Positions 12,468 to 24,287 of a stretch of 64,000 bases of DNA are shown in pieces. A model generated the notes under the pieces. It saw nothing but the letters and a program-made list of their open reading frames with translations, was not told the origin of the DNA and did not search any database. The stretch covers positions 11,782,238-11,846,237 of the forward strand of contig OZ316892.1 in the NCBI GenBank assembly GCA_973895155.1, written 5' to 3'. This DNA comes from Marsupella aquatica (taxonomy: Eukaryota > Plantae > Marchantiophyta). A program made the translations under genes and the position numbers. Each line of letters begins with the position of its first letter. Position 1 is the stretch's first letter.

Positions 12468-14656
12468 CTACAACTGGAAAACCTGCAAAGTAGCACGGTG
12501 TCTTGAGAAACTCTCCAAAGGAATCACTTTGGTAAAGACATCAGCGGGATTGAGCTTTCCATCAATCTTGACTAGCTCAAAAGTTTTATCAGACACTGCT
12601 TGCCTGATAAAATGGTACATGATATCAATGTGCTTCACCCTGCTATCCATCACCTGGTTAGCAGCCAAGTGAAGAGCACTTTGACTATCACAGTTTAGAG
12701 TCAATTTTCCATGCTCTAAATCCATCTCCGCGATCAACTTATCCAACCAAATTGCTTCCTTTGCTGCTTTTGCTGCTGCAACATACTCTACTTTTGTAGT
12801 AGACTGAGAAGTGCACTTCTGCAAGGTAGATTTCCAACTGATACATCCTCCTCCAAGAGTGTATAAAAACCCAGTTATAGTCCTCCTTGTATCCAGACAG
12901 CCTCCATAGTCAGAATCTACATAGCCAACTAACGTTCTATCTGATCTGTTATCAAATAGTAATCCATAGTCCTGTGTACCCTTGAGATACCTGAGAATCC
13001 ATTTCACAACTTCCCAATGTATCTTCCCTCGATTTGACATGAATCTGCTAACCTTGCCCATCGCTAGGGCCAAGTCAGGCCTAGTACAAGTCATCAAATA
13101 CATCAGACTGCCTACTGCCTTCTCATAAGGAATCTTAGCCATTAGACCTTTCTCCACACCATCCGTAGGAGAGAAAGCCGATGATAACTTGAAATGTGAA
13201 GCTAAAGGAATACTCACTGGCTTACAGTTCTCCATGTTGAATCGTGCAAGTACTTTCCTCGCATACTGGCCTTGACTCAAGCACAACTATCCAGTATCAG
13301 AGTTCCTAAAAATCTTCATGCCTAAGATCCTCTTGGCCTTACCAAGATCCTTCATCCTGAATTCAGCACTCAATTTCGCCTTGAGACTGTCAACCTCAGA
13401 TTGATCTTTAGCCACAATCAGCATGTCATCCACATAAATAACCAGAATGATGAAACCAAACACATCATTCTTGACTGATTTTGTATACACACAAGGATCA
13501 TACACCATCCTTGTAAAACCTTGAGCAAGCATGAAAACATCAAACCGCTTGTTCCACTGTCTGGGAGACTACTTCAATCCATATAAGGACTTGAGAAATC
13601 TGCAAACTAAGTTCTCTTGGCCCTTCTTCATAAAGCCTAGTGTCTGTCTCATGAAGACCAACTCTTCCAAGTTGCCATAGAGAAAGGCAGTAACAACATC
13701 CATCTGATCCATCACCAGACCAAAAAACACAACAAGTTGACACAAGATCCGAATTGTGGAATACTTAGCCATCGGTGAAAAGACCTCAATGTTGTAATCC
13801 ACTCCTTTCTCCTGAGTGAATCCCTTGGCAACAAGCCTTGCCTTGTAGATCTTGTCTCCAGCCTCTGAAGGACTGTCCTTCAACTTGTAAATCCACTTGC
13901 TGTCCACCACTTGCTCACCTCTTGGAAGCTCCATCAGCTCCCATGTCTTGTTGTCACTCAAAGATTGCAACTCCCTCTGCATTGCTGCATTCCACTCATG
14001 CTTCTGCTCTGAAGCACAAGCCTCACTGTACGAAGAAGGCTCTTCTTCTTCCAAGATCATCTTCATCAAGTGCAATGTCAATATTATCTAGCTTAGATGA
14101 GTTTGCCCATTGACCATACCTGGTAGGAGCTCTAGTAGAACGACTGGAAGTTCCTCTAGGAGATGACTCAGGCTGATCTGTTGTTGCTGCTGGTTGAATT
14201 TGAGGTACCCCAGCAACAATTTGCTCCTCTTGTTCCATCACAAGAACCAGCTCCAAGCCCGGAGCTTCTCCATCTCTCCTGTCATGAACAACATCATGAC
14301 TAATCTCCCCCTCAACCCGGTCCGGGATGAGAGATTTCCCTTGTCAGTATGGGAGTCTTGAGAACTCTCCCCCTCCTTTGATGATCTGGATTCATTAAAG
14401 GACACATCTCTACTGACAATTAGTTTACAGGTTACTGGATCCCATAACCTATAACCCTTCACACCTTTCTGATAGCCAAGGAAAATGCACTTCTTCGACT
14501 TGGACTCCAGCTTGGTTCAAAGCTGGGAAGGTGTAAGCACATAAACATCACATCCAAAAATCCTCAAATGTGAGTAATCTGCTGGACGCCCGTACCTCAT
14601 TTCAAATGGCGTCTTGAATCCAATAGAACTAGATGAAGAACAATTTACCAAATAAG
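12468..14656 (-). pseudogene. Copia pol 3' part: integrase C-terminus, RT, RNase H (stops and frameshifts)
   Basis: KGYRLWDP..VSRDVSFNE; YKARLVAKGFTQ; QMDVVTAFLYG; YVDDMLI; GYVDSDYGG; CDSQSALHL; NPADVFTK. Split over several ORFs. Confidence 0.95.
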
Positions 14657-14660
14657 CTGC

Positions 14661-15372
14661 TGTCGTGATATATAGTATCGTAGCCATAGTGTATCGAAAA
14701 CATACAAGTCACCGGCAAGGCATATGTGCAAGCTGCTAGCAACCAACATGCATAGAAAAAGTCCAATCACATTCACAAGTGCCAAGAAAAAGCAAATGAA
14801 GTGGTATGTACGTAGTGGAGGTGTAAACCTCTGTATATAAAAGGCGTAAGAGAAACAATTGTACTGAAATCGAATCGAAAACCGGCAGGATGCCAAGATC
14901 GGTCGGGAGCATCTAACGAATCACTGTGTGAATCCCGTGTACGGAACCGACAAGCACTGTCTGAGCTCTGTCAATAGCGATTCAAGAAGAACTAAAAACC
15001 CACAAAGAAAGACATGCCCTAAGCAAGCAAAGTCCTGGCGTCACACTAACAAGCACATTTGCTTCAAGAACGGCCCAGACTTGCTACAAGAACATGTCGC
15101 TAACTCAGGTAGTACACTAGCCCTAACTACATACCTAGCGGGCAGGCGAGGGACATGCCGATGTGCATAAGAGGCACTGTCCCTCGGCATGACAGCTGTC
15201 GTGACATATAGTATCGTAGCCATAGTGTATCGAAAACATACAAGTCACCAGCAAGGCATATGTGCAAGCTGCTAGCAACCAACATGCATAGAAAAAGTCC
15301 AATCACATTCACAAGTGCCAAGAAAAAGCAAATGAAGTGGTATGTACGTAGTGGAGGTGTAAACCTCTGTAT
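14661..15372 (-). repeat. Composite 3' terminal repeat of the Gypsy: A(14661-14836) B(14837-15194) gc A(15197-15372)
   Basis: The two A copies are 176 bp each with 2 differences seen. B (358 bp) recurs at 24288-24645. G7 PPT at 15373-15379. Confidence 0.93.
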
Positions 15373-15411
15373 CCCCCCCAGACCACAGCCAAAAGGAGGG
15401 CTGAAGAAAAT

Positions 15412-18400
15412 TTAGGTAGCACATGGAGCACAAGAAGGGCAAAACCATAACCCTTCTGGCACCTGGGTAAGTTCAGGCCGAAGGCAGAAAAGATGGTACC
15501 CTCCATTGCAATTGTCACACAGCAGCATCTGGTCAGCATCATCAATTCGCAAACACACCTTGCAAGGGTAGTCCACAGGTGGAATCCAAGTAGAAGTCAC
15601 AATGGTGGGATCTAGGTTAGGCAGATGACAAGGGGTGCAATTCTTGGCATTGTCAGCAATTGTGCGCCCATCTGCCCCTTGTAACTCTAGCACTCCAGAC
15701 GGTCGAATAGCTTTAACCCTGAGAATAGTACGACTGGTAGAGGTGTCCAGGGTGTCGTTAGCTTGCCGCTGCCAGTACACAAAATCTCCCACATCAAACT
15801 TCCTGACCTTGGGCTGAAAAGTGCCCCCTCGTGTGTGTGCATAACGCAGTGTGTCCCTATGTTGTGCAATGGCCAAATTCTCCATGGCCATGGGCATAAC
15901 CCTCCTGAATAGGGCAGCCCTCTCAGAGATCACATCAGACCAAGTCACAGCTGAATCCAAGTCCACCACCTGAAGCATGTGAGCAGCAATAGCAGAAGGT
16001 GGAACTGGGTGACGACCAAACAACAAGAAGTAGGGAGAAAAGTTAGACAGTGATGCATGTCTGGACATCCTATACCCCATGGCAATGTAGGGTAAGGCCA
16101 GGTCCCAATCCTCCTTGTTTTTGGTGAGGCAGATCTTCCGAAGACCCTTCTTGCATGTCTGAACCATGCGTTCTACCAAGCCATCTGCCTGTGGGTGATC
16201 TCGTGATGTCCGATGATGATCAATGAGGGCCTGATCAAGCAGCTCCTGGAACTCTCCTCTAAACTCTGAGCCCTGATCAGTGAGACATTCTGCACAAGCT
16301 CCAAAACGACTGAGAACTTGTTGCAGGAATGCCTGGCTGGTGCTACGGGAGGTCTTATCCGGCAATGCCACAAGTTCTATCCACTTGGAGAAATGCTCTA
16401 TCATGATCATGATGTAGAGATTACCCCGAGACGTGAGGGGTAATTCTCCAGCCAAATCACATGACCAGCGATAAAACATGCCCTGAATGGGGAGTGGATG
16501 AAGTGTGGGTTGCCGAGATGTGAAAGAAGTCCTCACCCTATCACACTGTTCACACCGGGCAATAACATCTCGAACCTGGCCATGCATGCCTCTCCAATGA
16601 TAATGAGGGACCAAGAGGCTGTAAGTCCTCTTAACGCCAAAATGACCAAGCTCAGAATGTACCTTACGGATAAGGCCAACCCTCTCATGAATGGGTGGAA
16701 CCACCACTTCCCTGTCTGGCAAGCAGCGCACGAGATGATCTCCCTTCCACAAGTAGCGCTTGGACCTTTGCTGAATTTGGTCTCTCTGGGCAGCAGTAAT
16801 ATGTGTGGGGTACTCCCCATGCTGCAAAAATCTCAGAGTTTCGTTGTCCTCCCATATGTCCACCACAGGTTGGTCAACAACATAGCATGGCAGCAAAGCA
16901 AGATAGGTCGATGCATGAAATGTAGGCAGGATGGAAACCTGGTCAAAATCCTGTCGTGCATCTGAGGAATCATCAGAGGCAATCAAAGGGCTGCGGGACA
17001 TAGTGTCAGCATTTTGATGTGTCACACCAGGCCTATAAATTACCTCAAAATTATACTCCTGGAGTATGAGCGCCCAACGAGCAAGCTTGCCAGTAAGCTT
17101 GTCGTTGGTCATCAACCACTTCAAGGGCTGGTGGTCGGTGTAGAGAACAAACCTGGTCCCATAGAGGTAGGGCCTGTAATGTATGACAGCCCACACAACA
17201 GCAAGGCATTCACCCTCATAAGAAGAATAATGACTCTCTGCCTGATTGTTGCTCCTGGATGCATAGGCAATGACGTACTCTTTACCTTCCTCATCATGCT
17301 GGCCCAGAATGGCACCAATCCCAAGGGCACTCCAATCTGTGTGTAGCACAAAGACCTTGCTGAAATCAGGTCTTCTCAGCACCGGGTATTCTGAGAGCTT
17401 CTCCTTCAAAGTGACAAATGCTGCTTCAGCATCTGTACTCCATGTCCAAGTCACATTCTTTTTCAACAAAGAGTACAATGGATGTGCAATGGTACTGAAA
17501 TCTTTGATGTAGATCCGGTAGTAATTGCACAACCCAATAAAGCTCCTAAGAGTGTGAACATCAGTAGGAGTGGGCATTTCCAGGATGGATACCACTTTGG
17601 CCCAGTGAGCCATGGTTCCATTTGGAAGAATGCGGTGCCCAAGGTATACTACTGATCTGACAGCAAATTCACACTTCTTGGGGTGTATTTTCAGGTTCAC
17701 CTTCTTAAGCCTCATGAATAGCTCCTCAAGGTCAAGTAGATGTTGGTCAAATCCTTTGCTGTGGACCAACACATCATCAATGTAGCATTTCATAAACTCA
17801 GCACCTTGAAGAACCTGGTCCATGACTCTTTGAAAGAATATGGGCGCATTCTTCAAGCCAAATGGCATCACCAACCACTCCCATAGTTGGTTACTACCAT
17901 GGAAAGCTGTTTTCTTGCGATCCTTTGCAAGCAGCAAAATCTGGTTAAAGCCTTGCCTTAGATCCACAAGAGTGAAGATGTCTGAGTCTCCAATGCTGTC
18001 AAATAGCTCCTCTGGCCGTGGCATGGGGTACCTGTCCTGGGGTGTGACCAGGTTCAGTGGCCTGTAGTCCCCACACATGCGCTTCTCTGTCCACAATCCA
18101 CTGGAATCCTTCTTTGCTGGCATCACTGTAGCTGCTGCAAAATCTGATGTAGATGGCTGAATAAGACCAGCTTCATATAACTCTTGGCACCTCTCATCCA
18201 CTAGCTGCCACTCATGCTTACTCAAATAATGTCTCCGCCTGAAGATAGGTGTTTCATCAGCCAACTCAATGGAGAACTGCATGGTCTTGCACTTACCCAC
18301 GTCCTTCATAGAGAAAGCAAACACATTCTCATGCTTGAGGAGCAAATTCAGCAGCTGGTCCTTCTGTCTTTTACTCAGGTGGTTGCCCATGATAAATGTG

Positions 18401-19380
18401 TAGTTGGCAACACTAGGAATAGGACCTGATGTACTCGTACTTGAAGAGCCAGAAGTGCCAGCCTCTCCACTGTCCAAGCTGCTAGCATGCTGCTGATAAG
18501 GTGATGAGGCCTCTCCAAGGCCTGTTGTACCTGCTGATCCGAAGTGGTCCACACCATGAAACTCAGAAATAATGTTAGCCGCATTACAAGGGACCTCCTC
18601 CCCCCCAACACTTGGACTGAAGTGGTGAGTGTTGGACAGAGGTAAGTGCACCTGGTCTGGATGCCATGCAGCAGCACTATGGAGTGGTAAGGCTGGAGCT
18701 CCTAATGCTGGAGGAATGTACATCTGAAAAAGGATGCAAGTGACCAGAAGCCAAGTGAGAGCATTGAGATCCATTACCCTGCCAAGTAAAGCATTCCTGG
18801 CTAGCCTGGTGATTTTGGTGTGACCTGTAGTACCGGGTTGGAAGCCCATAGCCCGTTCTCTCTCCTCAGGACTAGGTTCATCCCATGTACCGGTAGAATG
18901 TCGATAAACCAGACCAGGACCATCACCCTGAAAAGCATGTGCACCTAGAAAGGACACAAATGTAGGCCAAGCAGCACGGGGTTGTCCAAAGGTATTGGCT
19001 GGATACCAAGGTGCTGGCTCTTGCCGTGTAACTGGTTGGCAAGAACTGTCAGGATCCAAAATCTGGTCCACTGTAAGGTTAGTGTCCTTGGATGTGTGGT
19101 GAAGAGCCATCTCCAGCAAGGAAGGTGGTGCAAGGTTAGTCCAAAAGTTACGAAGACGATGTGCATAAGAACCACAGTGCACTGCATCAATGAGAAGGGG
19201 TGGTCCCAAGTAGTGCTGGACCACACTGAAATCCTCTTTGACCTGTGGACGCTGGTCAAACTGAGATGGAGTATTTATTCTCAATGATATAACCAACAGC
19301 AGGATAAAGGGATTGAGCCCAGGTGAGAATCTGAACCAATGCTGTGAAAAGGCCAGAACGAGAATCATGCTGTCCAGCAC
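15412..19380 (-). CDS. Gypsy pol: DNMT C-terminal half, RT, RNase H, integrase, C-terminal PHD finger
   Basis: Uninterrupted 1322-codon frame. RT: RMCGDYRPLN, MPFGLKNAP, YIDD. RNase H: LHTDWS, YTDHQPL. Integrase: HSELGH..CEQC, CDLAG/TDQGSEF/GLVERM. PHD: CKVC..LLCDNCNGGYHLFCL..WFCPSC. Confidence 0.93.
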   Translation of the reverse strand: MLDSMILVLAFSQHWFRFSPGLNPFILLLVISLRINTPSQFDQRPQVKEDFSVVQHYLGPPLLIDAVHCGSYAHRLRNFWTNLAPPSLLEMALHHTSKDTNLTVDQILDPDSSCQPVTRQEPAPWYPANTFGQPRAAWPTFVSFLGAHAFQGDGPGLVYRHSTGTWDEPSPEERERAMGFQPGTTGHTKITRLARNALLGRVMDLNALTWLLVTCILFQMYIPPALGAPALPLHSAAAWHPDQVHLPLSNTHHFSPSVGGEEVPCNAANIISEFHGVDHFGSAGTTGLGEASSPYQQHASSLDSGEAGTSGSSSTSTSGPIPSVANYTFIMGNHLSKRQKDQLLNLLLKHENVFAFSMKDVGKCKTMQFSIELADETPIFRRRHYLSKHEWQLVDERCQELYEAGLIQPSTSDFAAATVMPAKKDSSGLWTEKRMCGDYRPLNLVTPQDRYPMPRPEELFDSIGDSDIFTLVDLRQGFNQILLLAKDRKKTAFHGSNQLWEWLVMPFGLKNAPIFFQRVMDQVLQGAEFMKCYIDDVLVHSKGFDQHLLDLEELFMRLKKVNLKIHPKKCEFAVRSVVYLGHRILPNGTMAHWAKVVSILEMPTPTDVHTLRSFIGLCNYYRIYIKDFSTIAHPLYSLLKKNVTWTWSTDAEAAFVTLKEKLSEYPVLRRPDFSKVFVLHTDWSALGIGAILGQHDEEGKEYVIAYASRSNNQAESHYSSYEGECLAVVWAVIHYRPYLYGTRFVLYTDHQPLKWLMTNDKLTGKLARWALILQEYNFEVIYRPGVTHQNADTMSRSPLIASDDSSDARQDFDQVSILPTFHASTYLALLPCYVVDQPVVDIWEDNETLRFLQHGEYPTHITAAQRDQIQQRSKRYLWKGDHLVRCLPDREVVVPPIHERVGLIRKVHSELGHFGVKRTYSLLVPHYHWRGMHGQVRDVIARCEQCDRVRTSFTSRQPTLHPLPIQGMFYRWSCDLAGELPLTSRGNLYIMIMIEHFSKWIELVALPDKTSRSTSQAFLQQVLSRFGACAECLTDQGSEFRGEFQELLDQALIDHHRTSRDHPQADGLVERMVQTCKKGLRKICLTKNKEDWDLALPYIAMGYRMSRHASLSNFSPYFLLFGRHPVPPSAIAAHMLQVVDLDSAVTWSDVISERAALFRRVMPMAMENLAIAQHRDTLRYAHTRGGTFQPKVRKFDVGDFVYWQRQANDTLDTSTSRTILRVKAIRPSGVLELQGADGRTIADNAKNCTPCHLPNLDPTIVTSTWIPPVDYPCKVCLRIDDADQMLLCDNCNGGYHLFCLRPELTQVPEGLWFCPSCAPCAT

Positions 19381-19891
19381 CGTGACCAGCAGCTGAAAAC
19401 CCTTGGCATTCCCAACCAGCTATGATCAAATCAAGGGAGCCAAGAAGGGTTAAGTGCCAGTGCTGGACAAGCTGGATATCTGGAGGGAAGAAAGAAAATG
19501 CAGACTTCCATGCACTATGTGGTAACTGCTGGGGAAATCGCTCTGAAAATTCCAGCAGACGGGATTCAGCCACTTGCCTTGCACCTGGATCAATATCCAC
19601 ATAGATGTACTGCTTCACCACCATGCTAGACTTTAGGAGAGCTTCCAGGCCTGTAGAAATGCCACCAAAAAGCTCAAGCAATGTAAGGCCATCTGAAGGA
19701 GGAGTCCATGTAACTGGTGCGCTCAAGATTGGGGCTATTGGTTGGCCATTGTGCTGCCCTAGATCCTCAAATTTGCGCAATGCAGCCACCAAAGGTCTAT
19801 GGGCTGCTTGGAGCCGTTGTACCACCTCTGGTTGATGATCCACGTGGCTGGAAAGTGCTACTATACGTGCAGCAGCATGTGCAATAGCCAC
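18740..19891 (-). pseudogene. C5 cytosine DNA methyltransferase domain (DNMT3/DRM-like motifs) inside pol
   Basis: Motif I LELFGGIS, II YVDID, IV AGWECQGFS, VI IIEN, VIII AHRLRNFWTNL, IX ERERAMGF, X RNALLGRVM. A 4-bp duplication (tatt) near 19272-19279 causes the frameshift. Confidence 0.88.
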
Positions 19892-19918
19892 CTCATCATC
19901 ATCCTCCTCAATCCAATC

Positions 19919-20950
19919 CTACAATGGGTGGTTGACATAGGTAGCTGTGTGCACTGCTTTCAACACACAGTGGTGAGCCATAGGTGTATGGGCACCATGC
20001 AAATCAAGTGGAATGTAGCCCAAGTGTGAGCCATCCGTATGCCAATCAACTCTGTAGTATGCATGCTCATGCCAATTGTCAATGGTAAAACCTGGTGGGA
20101 ACAAAGCCTCCTGGCCAATGAGCACATCATACGTAGTGGCATTGGTAACCAAACATCTGACTGGGAAATGCAATTCCTGATCTGTACCTCCATTAAAAGT
20201 GAGAGTGAGTAAAGTAGAACTCTCACCCAGCACATCCTCCACAGTGCCACTAGCAGTCCGAATGTGCCACCTGGATTGCTGTAAATGATCAGTCAACAGT
20301 CCCATCTTCTTGGCAAACTGAATGCCCACTATCACTGGTTGAGCACCTGTGTCTAGCATGACCACCTGAGGAGTGTGACCCTCCAACTTGACTGCTGAAT
20401 TCCTGTTGTCAACAATGGCAATGGTGGTGGAAACTAAAGTCCTGTCACTAGGCACCACTTTTGGCAAATGATGAGGTACCTTGTGAAGGGAGTTAGTGTC
20501 CACGGTCTTTCCACTCAACAACATAGCCAGGAAAGATGGAGCAACATGACCAGAATCAAGTGTAGCTCTGGTCACACAATCAGCAGCAATCGGTACTGGG
20601 GCAGCCAAACCAGTGGAAACATGTAAAGGAGAAGAAAAAGGTCCAGTATGTACATGAGATTGGACCTCCAAAACCGGTGTCACAGGGGCTGATGAAGAAT
20701 GCAGTGAGCCCTCTAGCGCTCTGATGACAGCTCTAGCATCCAGCTGTAAATCATGGCAACTGAAAAGTGGAGTTGTAAGAATCCTTTGTGCCATACCGGA
20801 GGTGAAATGCTCAAGCAGCTCAGGAGAAACAACTCCCTGTGAAATGTCAGCAGCACCTGGTGGTGGAATGGATGTAGCTGCAGCTCCCTCCCCCCTCGCC
20901 AACAAGGTGCGCTCTTCAGCAAGTGTGCGTGGCTGAAAAGATTGGGGCAT
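19919..20950 (-). pseudogene. Gypsy aspartic protease region
   Basis: VMLDTGAQ catalytic motif and YDVLIG. A single in-frame TAG (19919-19921) separates it from the DNMT frame. Confidence 0.85.
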
Positions 20951-22592
20951 GACAGCTGGCTCTAGTCAGAGGACCGGCAGCAAGACCAGCAGCCTGTACA
21001 ATGCGGCGTGTGGGAGCAATACAGGAGGCAGCACTGGCCTGCTGGTAAGCAAAATAGGAAGGGCAGAATGAATCTGAAAATTCTGCTGTAAGGCCAGGCT
21101 GTGGAGCAGAGGACAGCACACACTCACCCATATGAGCACCAAATGGTAAGCCATAGAAAGAGTGGGGTAGAGGTGCTGAACTGTCAGCGGTGCCTGGGCC
21201 AGGGATGGGTTGCACGTGACCAGCCGATTGAGAAGGACCAACAGAGGCAGTGGACTTGCCTTTGATGTTGGCAAGTTGGGCACGTAAGGACTCAACTTCA
21301 TGAGTCAAAGACTGGAGTTGAGTTGCCTGTGCGTTGTGAGCCTCCTTCTGAGCTGGTTGCTTCTGTGGCTGCTTGGGCAATTTGTTAGCATCGGGTGCTT
21401 TGCCACTGGAAGGAGGAGCAGTGGATGCAGTAGGAGCCCTCCTAGCTGGTGGGGGAGTGGAAACAGGAGTAGGATGAGTGGCCTGCTGTCATAGCTGCTT
21501 CCTCTCAGGGAATTTGGCAAAATAGACTGCCTCCAAGTGGCTCACTTTTCCGCAAAAATCACAAGATAGGTCCTCAGCAACAATATCACATTCATTAGCC
21601 TTGTGATTAGGGTTACCACAGTAGTTGCAAGATGACAGCATGAAAGCAGCATGTGCTGGCTTGGTCTTGGAACCATACTGTGGCACACGGGGAGGAGTGA
21701 CCAGTGTAGGGGCAGCAGCCTGGTACCTGGATCGCGGTGGACGTGCAATATTGGCCTCATAATGTGCATGGGCCAACTCAAGTTTCTCAGCAGTGTCATA
21801 GACATTGAGCAAGGTGTACCTGTCTCCAAACTCTGAGAATACTTGTTGCAACACTTGCGAATGGAGAGCTGGTGTGCCCTCCAATGCGCGAAGATAGCGA
21901 TGAGCAGCTTCCAGGTCAGTGATGCTCTGGGTGTCCTCCTTCAGCTTGAGAAGTCGGCGATACATCATCTTCAATGTTTCATCGCGCTGCCTCACAAAGG
22001 TGGCCAACTGCATGATTTTATCAGCACTCTTGATTGGGAATTCTAATTCAAGAACCTGAAAAAACTCAGCCACTGGATCAACAAAGGCAAGAGAATCAAT
22101 GGTGGGAGAAATGCCTGATGTAGCCTGTGCCAAGACAGTGGGAGTAACTGGCGCAGTGGTGGGAACTGGAGTAGGAGGGGAAGTGGCAGGAGCAACAGCA
22201 TGGGCTGCAATGGCATTCTGTAAGGCCAATTGTGAGGCTGCCGCAATTGCATTGGCATAGGTAGGGTTAGGCAACTGTGTGACAGCAAGCAGCCGTTGAG
22301 AATGCTGCTCATACACATCCAAAGCCTCATGGTGCACATACCTGGCTAGCTGCTTAAATGCAAATGCATTTGTGAAATTGTTGCCATACTTCAACTCCAA
22401 TTCGTAAACGACAGTGTAGAAAGTGGATTTGAACTCACGTAAAGAGACAGTGCCTGGCCGCCCGCTGAAGCGCTCAATGCGGCCAGATGAGTGGCTGGCA
22501 TCCATGCTGTATGTCGGTGAAGCAGGAACAACCACTGATGCAGAAGGGGTAAATGGCAATGAAGTGATAGCAGGCTTGGGAGTAGTGGTCAA
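20916..22592 (-). pseudogene. Gypsy gag with two CCHC-type knuckles; in-frame TGA at 21489-21491
   Basis: ERFSGRPG capsid-like start; CNYCGNPNHKANEC and CDFCGKVSHLEAVY. ORFs 21489..22592 and 20916..21380 share a frame. Confidence 0.8.
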
Positions 22593-23269
22593 GCGACCGC
22601 CAAATGGAGCAGAAGGATTGCGTGGTGTGGGTGCTGCTGCTGTCTGTGGACGTCGTCAAAATTGCCGAGACTCCAATGAAATTGGCACCAATGGTCGTGG
22701 ATCACTTCGTAAATGGTACCTGGGTGTCGGTGGCGATGTGCTGCTACCTCCTGGCACGTCGGCTGACATGCTGCATGCTCACCTGGGTGCCAATGGGAAA
22801 GAAACTGACAAGAAAAAGAAATGGCAGCCCCAAGGCTAGGAAATAAACAGTGCGAGGCAGAAATGTGTCGAATGTGTAAACACACAGAAAAACCATCGGC
22901 AAAGAAAAGACCCTTAAAAACTCCAATTGGACTGGTGTTGTGCTTGCTGGATTGACTGTCTGATGAATATGCCAGGCCCTCAGCTTTATGCAGATGACAC
23001 GTGGCGGCAGCAAAGAAATCCAGAAAAATGGGCCCTTAAAAATGTAAACCTGGGCCCCCCTTAAGTGTATACATCGGCCTTTTCAAATGTATAAACATGG
23101 GGCCCGGTTAAGTGTATACATCGGGCCCCGATGTGGACCCGGGAACTGGCAGCAGGTCGATCGTCGCACGGCGAAAAAGTGAGAAAGGCCGAAAAAGGGG
23201 AAAATAGCCGAGGCAAGCTCGCAGGTGGCCGGAAAGAGGAGAAAAGACGTCGCGAGGTAGGGCAAAAAA

Positions 23270-23700
23270 AACGGGGCCCTCTTAATGGCATGAGCCCTCC
23301 ATAGGGCTTCGTGCCCCACCTTATGTGCTCCCGAAAAGGGGCTATGAACTCCCCCCTCCTCTCCTTCAATGCAATTTGGGCCTCGTGCCCTGGCAAAAGA
23401 CTCCAGTGTGAGGAGTCAAGTGTACTCCTCCCCCTCCCTGCTTTAATTACTCCATAGGGCCTCGTGCCCTGGTGACAGTATGCCCGAAGGCAAGGGAGTC
23501 GAGTGTACTCCCCTCCCCTGCTTCAATGTTGCTTAGGGCCTTGTGCCCTCTCCTGGCACCCTCGCTCCCCCTCCTTCTTTACTGCAGCATAGGGCTTCGC
23601 GCCCTCTCCTGGCACACTCGCGCTGCCTTGTGCTCGGCTCCCCTTCCCCCCATGCTTTAATTCTCCATAGGGCTTTGTGCCCTCTGTCCTCTCGCTTGCT
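23270..23700. repeat. Degenerate tandem repeats in the Gypsy 5' leader
   Basis: Recurring (cc)atagggcttcgtgccc and ctcccctccc..cttcaat motifs, about 6-7 copies. Confidence 0.7.
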
Positions 23701-24287
23701 TATGGCAGGGCAAAAAGAAAGGGAGTCGAGGCAGGAAAAATGGGCGAGAAAATGCCGAAAAAGGGAAGAAACATCCCGGATTGAGGAGGGACTACGGCCG
23801 GTAAAGGGAGATACAGCCGAGGCAAGGGCATGGTGCCCTATGCACGGCCTGTGCAGGGCGTCGCGAGGCAACAAAACGGGCTCAACGGCAGCCGTGGCCG
23901 AAAAGTGGCAACAAACACAAAACGGCCCCAAAAGCAGTCGAGGCAACGGTTGATGCAATGTCGGCAGCAGCAGGTTGTGGCCGGAATGTGAAGGGCCAAC
24001 GGCCTACAAACCACGGGTTGCAGTCGGGAGGTGGTCGTGCGGCAAACGGCAGTGACAGTCGGAAGCAGCAAAGGAGTCGCGGATGCAACCGGAAAAGGAA
24101 CTCCTGACCCCTTCGGAAGCATGGATATGTGTATACACTTAAGTATACACATAACCACATAAACCCATAACTTTCATTCCGTCGCTCCAATGTTCGTCAA
24201 AGAAATTGCAATGGCTTCACCAAAAATTGTCAAAATCGCCACGAGCAATCTTCTTCCCGTCACCGCTAACTCGACAGTTCTTCTTGA

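Noticed and set aside
20916-20950. Programmed gag-pol frameshift
   Set aside because: The frame changes here, but no clear slippery site is visible, and one copy cannot distinguish it from a decay indel.
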